This document shows, in pieces, positions 19,860 through 25,980 of a DNA stretch of 50,420 nt (position 1 is its first letter; each line of letters opens with the position of its first letter). The notes beneath the pieces were generated by a model. It was not told the DNA's origin. It was given only the letters and a program-made list of their open reading frames with translations, and did no database searches. The position numbers were made by a program, and so were the translations under genes. Source of the stretch: Actinomycetota bacterium (lineage in GTDB: Bacteria; Actinomycetota; UBA4738; HRBIN12); NCBI GenBank assembly GCA_046728055.1, contig JBKPDU010000018.1, forward strand, positions 1 to 50,420, written 5' to 3'.

Positions 19860-21266
19860 TCAACCCGCGCGAAGGGCGGCGAGCCGCGCAGCCAGCCGGG
19901 CGCGCATCACGGCGTAGCGAGGGTCGGCGGCTCGGTTCTCGAGCTGGTACGGGTCGGGAGCGCCGATCACCCCGGTCAGGTCGTACAGTTCCGTCTCGCC
20001 GGTCGCCAGCTCCACGTAGGCGAAGTCCTCGGTCCGCACCTGCCACCACGCCGGTACCTTGTCGTCGCCGACGTATTCGGTCAGAAGTCCCATGCGCCAC
20101 GACGCGGAGGGTCGCTCCTCGAGCAGCGGGACGAGGCTCCTCCCGTCCACCGGTGAGGGCGGCTCGATTCCGGCGACTTCGGCGAACGTCGGCGCGAGGT
20201 CGACGTTGGAAACGAGCCGAGGGTTCACGTGAGCTGATGCGCCCGGGAAGCGCACGATGAACGGCGTGCGGACGCACTCGTCGTATGGACACGTCTTGCC
20301 CACCCACCGGTGCTCACCGAACGAGAAGCCGTTGTCGGTCATGAACACGACGAGCGTGTTCGCGAGGGCACCCCGAACCTGCAGTGCCCGGATGACCTCG
20401 GCGATCAGGTCGTCAACGGACAGGAGCGTCTCGAAGCATCGCCGGTGGATCGCCCGGAGCTGTGCCCGCCGCGCCTCGTCCAGCGGGCGGAGCCGCTGGA
20501 CCCACATCGGCTTGTCGGACACGTCCTCCTCACCCAGGCTGGGGGGCGCGGTGATGGGGACCCCGGTCAACGCCCCGATGTCTCGGGCAGCCTCCGTCCA
20601 CGGACGGTGGGGCGCCGTGGGAGCCACTTCCAGGAAGAACGGGCGCCCCGGAGGTGCCGATCGGATGAACGCTGCGGCCGCGTCGGCGAGGACATCGGTC
20701 GAGTAGTTCCCCGGCCCATCCCCCCGGTAGTGCGGGAACCCCTGGTCGACGAGGACGTACCGGTAGTACGCCGTGGACTGGGCGCCTTGCCGCTTGACCA
20801 GCCAGCGATCCCACCCCGCCGGGACGTACGAGTTCGGGCCGAACGGATACCCGTTCACGTACTTGCCGATCAGGCCAGTGTGGTACCCGGCTGCGTGCAA
20901 CCAGGCGCCGATGGTCGAGGACTCGTCGAGGAGGTCGCCGTCGTAATTCGTCCGAACCCCGGTTCGGTGCGAGTACCTCCCGGTGAGGATCGAGGCCCTG
21001 GACGGACAGCACAGCGGGGTGTTCACGAAGGCGTTGGAGAACGTGATCCAGTGATCAGACGGATCCCGGATCATCGATTGGAGCTGGGGCATCACCGGCG
21101 GATCGTGCGGCAGCGAGTCGAGCGGCTGGTCGTCGGTCAGGATCAAGACGATGTTGGGCCGCCCGTCCGGTCGTGGCGGCGAGGAGGGCACGAACCCCGC
21201 GACGAGCAGCACGACGAGCGAGAGGACCGCAGCCGCCACGGTCCTGCCCACTGGGCGTTTGCCCAT
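19860..21266 (-). CDS. Sulfatase (Cys-type, formylglycine-dependent), secreted
   Basis: 468 aa with a signal peptide. NIVLILTDDQ and the C-x-P-S-R motif PLCCPSRASILTGR. Confidence 0.85.
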   Translation of the reverse strand: MGKRPVGRTVAAAVLSLVVLLVAGFVPSSPPRPDGRPNIVLILTDDQPLDSLPHDPPVMPQLQSMIRDPSDHWITFSNAFVNTPLCCPSRASILTGRYSHRTGVRTNYDGDLLDESSTIGAWLHAAGYHTGLIGKYVNGYPFGPNSYVPAGWDRWLVKRQGAQSTAYYRYVLVDQGFPHYRGDGPGNYSTDVLADAAAAFIRSAPPGRPFFLEVAPTAPHRPWTEAARDIGALTGVPITAPPSLGEEDVSDKPMWVQRLRPLDEARRAQLRAIHRRCFETLLSVDDLIAEVIRALQVRGALANTLVVFMTDNGFSFGEHRWVGKTCPYDECVRTPFIVRFPGASAHVNPRLVSNVDLAPTFAEVAGIEPPSPVDGRSLVPLLEERPSASWRMGLLTEYVGDDKVPAWWQVRTEDFAYVELATGETELYDLTGVIGAPDPYQLENRAADPRYAVMRARLAARLAALRAG

Positions 21267-22028
21267 CTACCGAGGCTTCCGCAGCTTCCAGATGTTCTCG
21301 CCGGGCCACCTGCGGGCCCACCCGATCTCGGCGTAGTCGAGGTAGGTGGACCGGGCGTTGGCTGCCGGTCGAGGCTCGATCAGGTCCTCGAGCTCAAGAC
21401 CGGTCGAGCGGAACAGGCGGATCCACTCACCGTACGGGAGCATGAAGTTGACCGACTCATCGTCCTCCCACTTGTGCATCCCGAAGTAGTCGAGGTGGAG
21501 GCGGTCGTCCACCGTCTCCTTCTCGTCGTTCCAGCACACGAAGTGGATAGGGCTCTCGATGTTGAACGCGAACAGCCCGCCGGGTCGGAGCAGTCGGGCG
21601 ACCTCGGGGATGGCGTGGTAGGGGTCGGAGAAGGTCGTGGCGCCGTGGTCGCAGAACACGATGTCGAAGCTCTCGTCGGCGAACGGGGTCCGCTCGGCAT
21701 CGGCGTTCACGAGCGGGAACGACACGCCTGCCCGAGCCATCAGCTCCTTGGCGTGCTCGAGCTGTCGAGCCGACAGATCCATGCCCACCGGGTGGGCCCC
21801 CATCCGGGCCAGGGTGATGGACCACTGCGCGGCGCCGCATCCGAACTCCAGGAGCCGCTTGCTCTGCACGTCGCCGAGGACGTTGAGCTTGGACTCGGGG
21901 GTTCCCCACGTCCCCCATGCGAGCCGGTCCCACCGGTTCAGCTGCGAAGCGTGCTCGCGCTGGTACTCGGCGCTCGTACGGTCCCAGTCTCGCCGGTTCT
22001 TGCGAACGTGGCGCCGGGTGCCGGTCAC
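21267..22028 (-). CDS. Class I SAM-dependent methyltransferase
   Basis: GTG at 22028 overlaps the upstream TGA (GTGA). 253 aa with motif I LLEFGCGAAQW and LRPGGLFAF. Its TAG stop abuts the sulfatase ATG directly. Only the 3' third of track ORF 21267..23261 is real. Confidence 0.8.
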   Translation of the reverse strand: MTGTRRHVRKNRRDWDRTSAEYQREHASQLNRWDRLAWGTWGTPESKLNVLGDVQSKRLLEFGCGAAQWSITLARMGAHPVGMDLSARQLEHAKELMARAGVSFPLVNADAERTPFADESFDIVFCDHGATTFSDPYHAIPEVARLLRPGGLFAFNIESPIHFVCWNDEKETVDDRLHLDYFGMHKWEDDESVNFMLPYGEWIRLFRSTGLELEDLIEPRPAANARSTYLDYAEIGWARRWPGENIWKLRKPR

Positions 22029-23254
22029 GGCCGGTCCATCCACCCTGCGTCTCGCCCGTGCTCCGCCGCCACGAGGCCTGCGGCGATCGAGAGCGCGATC
22101 TCCTCCGGCCGACGGCCCCCGAGGTCCAGACCGACCGGCGACCGGATCCTGCCCAGGTCCTCGTTGGAGAACCCCATGGCCCGCAGGTCCTGGAGGTAGG
22201 GCGCCACATGGCGGTGGCTCCCCATCACGCCGATGAACCGGACCGGCGAACGGAGCGCTTCGCCCAGCATCTCGGCGACCCCTGGAGCGTCGTGGTCGGT
22301 GAACACGAGGGCGGTCCGGTCGTCGAGCAGATCGTCGAGCGAGGACGCCAGGCCGCCCGCGGCGCTCGCGTCCTGGGGCGTGACGCGCTCCCGCCTCGTC
22401 TCGACCAGGACCGTCCGGTAGCCGAGCTGCGCGGCGAGCCTGCGGAGCTCGCGTGCCACATCGGTCGCCGAAACGACCACCAACCGCTTCGGTGGAAGGT
22501 GCGGCTCGAAGAACACCTCGACATCGCCGAGGTCGTGATGGAGCGTGCGGGTCTGCGGTTGTCCCGACGCCACCACATCGGCGGCATCGGCGATGGCCTG
22601 CTCGTCGAACTCCGCGCACCCGAGCGTCCCGCTCACCGGTCCACCGGGCACAACCGTTAACCGGTTCCCGATTCGGCAGGGCGGCGAACCGATGAGCTTG
22701 ACCGCCCGGGCCTCGACCCAGACCCGATCTGCATCCTGCTTGTGCGCGGGCTCCGCGTGGCCGGTGGGATGAGGCCCGGTCGCGCCGGCCAGGAGCTCGA
22801 GCGCGTGCGGCACCACCGACAGCACGGCCTCCAGGCTCTCGCGAACGCCCGCGGGGCTCCCCGGCAGGTTCAGGATCAGCGTCCCACCGAGACTGCCGGC
22901 CACCGCTCGCGACAGCGCAGCCATCGGCGTCGTCTCCAGGCCCGCCGCGCGCATCAGCTCGGCGAGCCCGGGGGACTCCCGGTCGATCACCGCCCTTGTG
23001 GCCTCCGGCGTCACGTCGCGGGGACCGAAGCCCGTCCCGCCCGTAGTGACGACAAGGCCGATGCCCTGGGCGACGAGCGCCTTCAGGCGAGTTTCGATGG
23101 CCGACCGCTCGTCCGGCACGGACGAGCGGTCGGTCACGGCGAAGCCCGCTCCTCGGAGAATGTCCTCGGCGGCCTGACCCGACTCGTCCGCGCGGGTGCC
23201 CGCCGTGACCCCGTCGGACACCGTGACCACGGCCGCGCGGAACGCCTCGCCCAT
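22025..23254 (-). CDS. Fusion protein: MogA/MoaB molybdopterin adenylyltransferase domain + XdhC/CoxI-family Moco-insertion accessory domains
   Basis: ATG 23254 (MGEAFRAAVVTVSDG). Residues ~1-160 have LVVTTGGTGFGPRD and NLPGSP. Residues ~176-409 have an XdhC N-domain (SPPCRIGNRLTV, SGTLGC) plus a Rossmann-like part (KRLVVVSATDVARELRRLAAQLGY). Confidence 0.75.
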   Translation of the reverse strand: MGEAFRAAVVTVSDGVTAGTRADESGQAAEDILRGAGFAVTDRSSVPDERSAIETRLKALVAQGIGLVVTTGGTGFGPRDVTPEATRAVIDRESPGLAELMRAAGLETTPMAALSRAVAGSLGGTLILNLPGSPAGVRESLEAVLSVVPHALELLAGATGPHPTGHAEPAHKQDADRVWVEARAVKLIGSPPCRIGNRLTVVPGGPVSGTLGCAEFDEQAIADAADVVASGQPQTRTLHHDLGDVEVFFEPHLPPKRLVVVSATDVARELRRLAAQLGYRTVLVETRRERVTPQDASAAGGLASSLDDLLDDRTALVFTDHDAPGVAEMLGEALRSPVRFIGVMGSHRHVAPYLQDLRAMGFSNEDLGRIRSPVGLDLGGRRPEEIALSIAAGLVAAEHGRDAGWMDRP

Positions 23255-23299
23255 GCGCCATATCCTGCCAGACGGAACCGGCGGACCGGGAGGAGACCG

Positions 23300-23557
23300 A
23301 TGGAAGCCTGGATCGATCAGCTGGCCGAGGCGCTGGGCGAGGACACCCTGAGTTCTCGGGAGACGGCGGAGCTCCTGCAGGTGGCCCGGGACGTTGCCCA
23401 TCGCGCCGAACGCCGCATCACGCCGCTCGCCACGTTCCTCGTCGGCTCGGCCGTAGGGCGGGGACTCGCCGGCGGCGCCTCCCGAGCCGACATGGTTCAG
23501 GCAGCCCTCGACACGGTCCGGTCCCTCCTGCCGGAAGGCCCACCCGCGGAACCCTGA
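23300..23557 (+). CDS. Small DUF6457-like protein (Moco-cluster associated)
   Basis: 85 aa: MEAWIDQLAEALGED..ETAELLQVARDVAHRAERRITPLATFLVGSAVG. GGGAGGAG lies 5-12 nt upstream of ATG 23300. Sits beside moaA. The family name is from memory. Confidence 0.6.
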   Translation: MEAWIDQLAEALGEDTLSSRETAELLQVARDVAHRAERRITPLATFLVGSAVGRGLAGGASRADMVQAALDTVRSLLPEGPPAEP

Positions 23558-23609
23558 ACGCCACGCCTGGCCGGTTCACCGCCGCCGGAGTAGCCTGGAG
23601 GTTCGACCG

Positions 23610-24635
23610 ATGGACACCTGGCAGCCCCCGCAGACCGCCCCGCCCGCCGAGGGCCCGCTCGTCGACACCTTCGGCCGGGTCGCGGACGACCTGCGCATCT
23701 CGGTCACGGACCGCTGCAACTTCCGCTGCGTGTTCTGCATGCCGGCGGAAGGGCTGCAGTGGCTGCCCAGGCACGAGATCCTCACGTTCGAGGAGCTCAC
23801 CCGGCTCCTCGGGATCTTCGTGTCGCTCGGCGTTCGCTCCATCAAGGTGACCGGGGGCGAGCCGACCGTCAGGGCGGATCTCCCCACGCTCGTCTCCATG
23901 TTCCGGGAGGTCGGACCGCAGCTGGACATGTCGATGACCACGAACGGCATCCTCCTCGATCGCCTGGCCGAGCCCCTTGCCCGGGCCGGCCTCGACAGGG
24001 TCACCGTGTCGTGCCATTCGCTGATGCCGCACCGCTTCGAGGGAATGACCCGTCGCGATGCGTTGGACAAGGTGTTCGCCGGCTTGCGGGCGGCCGAGAA
24101 GGCCGGGCTCACCCCCATCAAGATCAACTGCGTCGTGATCGGGGGCGAGAACCAGGACGAGGTGGTGGACTTCGCGGCGTGGGCCAGACGGACCGGATAC
24201 ATCATCCGATTCATCGAGTACATGCCGCTCGACGCCGAGCACGCGTGGGAGCGGGCCAAGGTGGTTCCGTCGCGCGGGATCGTCGAGGCCATCGATCGCG
24301 TGTTCCCGCTGGCGTCCGAGGGACCGGACCACGAGCCTGCCGCCTCCTATCGGTTCGCCGACGGCGCGCCCGGCGGGATCGGGGTCATCCCCTCGGTCAC
24401 CGAGCCGTTCTGCGAGACGTGCAATCGGCTGCGCCTGACCGCCGAGGGCCAGGTCCGCTCGTGCCTGTTCGCGCTGGAGGAGCTGGACCTTCGAGAGCCG
24501 CTTCGAAGCGGCGCCACCGACGACGAGCTTGCTTCGATCATCCGGACCGCCGTGTGGCGCAAGTGGTCGGGGCACCGCATCAATCACCCCGACTTTGTCC
24601 AGCCCGAGCGCAGCATGTCGATGATCGGGGGCTGA
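23610..24635 (+). CDS. moaA: GTP 3',8-cyclase MoaA (radical SAM)
   Basis: 341 aa. CNFRCVFC cluster motif, a C-terminal second-cluster Cys (FCETCNRLRLTAEG) and a terminal GG. Confidence 0.9.
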   Translation: MDTWQPPQTAPPAEGPLVDTFGRVADDLRISVTDRCNFRCVFCMPAEGLQWLPRHEILTFEELTRLLGIFVSLGVRSIKVTGGEPTVRADLPTLVSMFREVGPQLDMSMTTNGILLDRLAEPLARAGLDRVTVSCHSLMPHRFEGMTRRDALDKVFAGLRAAEKAGLTPIKINCVVIGGENQDEVVDFAAWARRTGYIIRFIEYMPLDAEHAWERAKVVPSRGIVEAIDRVFPLASEGPDHEPAASYRFADGAPGGIGVIPSVTEPFCETCNRLRLTAEGQVRSCLFALEELDLREPLRSGATDDELASIIRTAVWRKWSGHRINHPDFVQPERSMSMIGG

Positions 24636-24650
24636 GCCCCGGCTGCGGGG

Positions 24651-25379
24651 TCAGAGCCCGGCCAGGCGCGCCAGTCCCGAGATCTTTCGCAGGACGAACC
24701 GCCGGCCGTCGCGCTCGACCAGTCCCCGTCGCTGGAAGTCCGACAGGATCCTGGTCACGTTCTCCCGACTGCCGCCGCACAGGCTGGCCAGGTCGGCGTG
24801 TGTCACGATGGCCGGCAGGATCGCGCCGTCGTCGGGAAGCTCGTCGAGGCTCGGGGACACCAGCTGGAGAAGGCGTTTGGCCACCCGACCCTTCAGGTCC
24901 AGGAACAGCAGGTCGTCCACGAAGGCCTCGTGGGCACTGACCTGACGCGCCAGTGCGCGGAGCAGGGCCAGCGAGGCCGTCGGCTGTCGGGTCAGGAACG
25001 ACTGGAAGGCCTCCCCCGGTGTGACCCAGACCTCGGTCTCCTCCAGAGCCAGCGCCGCCGCGGTCCTGGGCATCCCCCCCAACAGGCCGAGCTCCCCGAA
25101 GAACTGCGGCTGGTCGATCGTGGTGTGCAGCATCCGCTGCCCGCTGGCCGAGAGTGAGCTGATCTCCACCCGCCCCTCCATAAGGAAATGGATCTCGTGC
25201 GAGGGGTCGCCCTGATGGAACAGGTAGGTGTTCCGCCGGTAGTGACGGAGCGTCCCGGTCGAGGCAAGCTCATGGATGGCGCGGGGGTCGATCCCCTCGA
25301 ACAGCGGCATCCTGGCCATCTGCTCCTCGATCGTCGCCCGAGATCGCATCGTTCGTACCATCAGGCGAAGCGTACCCAC
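24651..25379 (-). CDS. crp: Crp/Fnr-family transcriptional regulator (cNMP-binding domain + HTH)
   Basis: 242 aa. cNMP motif FGELGLLGGMPRTAAA. The HTH recognition helix GGSRENVTRIL has the R-E-x-x-x-R pattern of E. coli CRP (RETVGR). The track start is GTG 25379; internal ATGs (25361, 25349, 25319, 25310) are possible starts. Confidence 0.85.
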   Translation of the reverse strand: MGTLRLMVRTMRSRATIEEQMARMPLFEGIDPRAIHELASTGTLRHYRRNTYLFHQGDPSHEIHFLMEGRVEISSLSASGQRMLHTTIDQPQFFGELGLLGGMPRTAAALALEETEVWVTPGEAFQSFLTRQPTASLALLRALARQVSAHEAFVDDLLFLDLKGRVAKRLLQLVSPSLDELPDDGAILPAIVTHADLASLCGGSRENVTRILSDFQRRGLVERDGRRFVLRKISGLARLAGL

Positions 25380-25411
25380 TCGCTCCGCCGCCGGGCTAGC
25401 CGGAAAATGAG

Positions 25412-25444
25412 GGACGGGCCCGGCGCTTGGCGCCGGGCCCGTCC
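25412..25444 (-). terminator. Perfect 15-bp GC hairpin followed by UUUU on the minus strand (intrinsic terminator or attenuator)
   Basis: GGACGGGCCCGGCGC-ttg-GCGCCGGGCCCGTCC. On the minus strand it is followed by CTCATTTTCC. It lies 24 nt after the small ORF stop and 33 nt before the crp GTG. Confidence 0.6.
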
Positions 25445-25467
25445 GAGGGAATCGCGGTTCGGTGGGA

Positions 25468-25587
25468 CTACGACTTCTTGAGCTTCTTCATCCCCTTCTT
25501 CCGCGTCACGCGCGTCGCAGCCTGCTTGGAGCTCGCCGTGGTCTTCTTGGCCGCTGGCTTCTTCGGGGAGACCTTCTTCGCCGCCAC
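25468..25587 (-). CDS. Unlisted 39-aa Lys/Ala-rich highly basic small protein
   Basis: GGGAGGAGG lies 7 nt before GTG 25587. Translation is VAAKKVSPKKPAAKKTTASSKQAATRVTRKKGMKKLKKS*. All 14 Lys codons are AAG, and 36 of 38 third positions after the start codon are G/C. A hairpin terminator follows. It is below the 60-aa cutoff of the ORF track. Confidence 0.7.
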   Translation of the reverse strand: MAAKKVSPKKPAAKKTTASSKQAATRVTRKKGMKKLKKS

Positions 25588-25667
25588 CCGATTCACCTCC
25601 TCCCCATCTCGTCAGCGCTTCATCGGCATCGGTTGGACCGATCCTGAAGCTCACCCACCGGGGAAGG

Positions 25668-25683
25668 CGTGTCGTCCGTCACC
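25668..25683. promoter_or_regulatory. Degenerate CRP-type box (7/10), in phase with two stronger boxes
   Basis: CGTGTCGTCCGTCACC. Its centre is 24 bp from the next box. Confidence 0.3.
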
Positions 25684-25691
25684 GACCCCAG

Positions 25692-25707
25692 GGTGATGTC
25701 GGTCACA
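25692..25707. promoter_or_regulatory. CRP-type box (9/10 match to TGTGA-N6-TCACA)
   Basis: GGTGATGTCGGTCACA. Its centre is 24 bp from the perfect box. Confidence 0.5.
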
Positions 25708-25715
25708 GCGAAGGT

Positions 25716-25731
25716 TGTGACGCCCGTCACA
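25716..25731. promoter_or_regulatory. CRP-type box, perfect TGTGA-N6-TCACA palindrome
   Basis: TGTGACGCCCGTCACA. It lies 15 nt after the Cys-rich ORF stop, with its centre about 136 nt upstream of the 39-aa ORF start. The Crp/Fnr gene is about 340 bp away. Confidence 0.6.
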
Positions 25732-25746
25732 CGACGGAGATCGAGG

Positions 25747-25956
25747 TCAGTCCAGCTCCGGGAGGTCGAGGGGATCCGGTCGGGGCCTGCACGCCCCGCA
25801 GTACAGAGCGTCCTCGACGACGAGCGCCCTGGTGACGTCGCCTCCTCGAAACAGCTCGAGCACGAACGGGAGGGTCTCGACGTGGTCCTCGCAGATCCCA
25901 CGGCCACAGAAGCGGCACGCTCCCACCGCCGTCCTGCGACAGTGCCAGCAATCCAT
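25747..25956 (-). CDS. Small Cys-rich zinc-ribbon protein (DUF2180-like)
   Basis: 69 aa: MDCWHCRRTAVGACRFCGRGICEDH....YCGAC, with three CxxC pairs plus Cys/His. GGGAG lies 7 nt before the ATG, which is 24 nt downstream of the M50 gene. The family name is from memory. Confidence 0.65.
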   Translation of the reverse strand: MDCWHCRRTAVGACRFCGRGICEDHVETLPFVLELFRGGDVTRALVVEDALYCGACRPRPDPLDLPELD

Positions 25957-25980
25957 CCGCTCACTCCCTCGAGGTCGGGG

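Noticed and set aside
21267-23261. 664-aa minus-strand ORF, apparently one very large protein.
   Set aside because: Only its last 253 aa (the methyltransferase, from GTG 22028) look like a real protein. The upstream 410 aa are an out-of-frame read through the MogA::XdhC gene, whose own frame ends at 22025.
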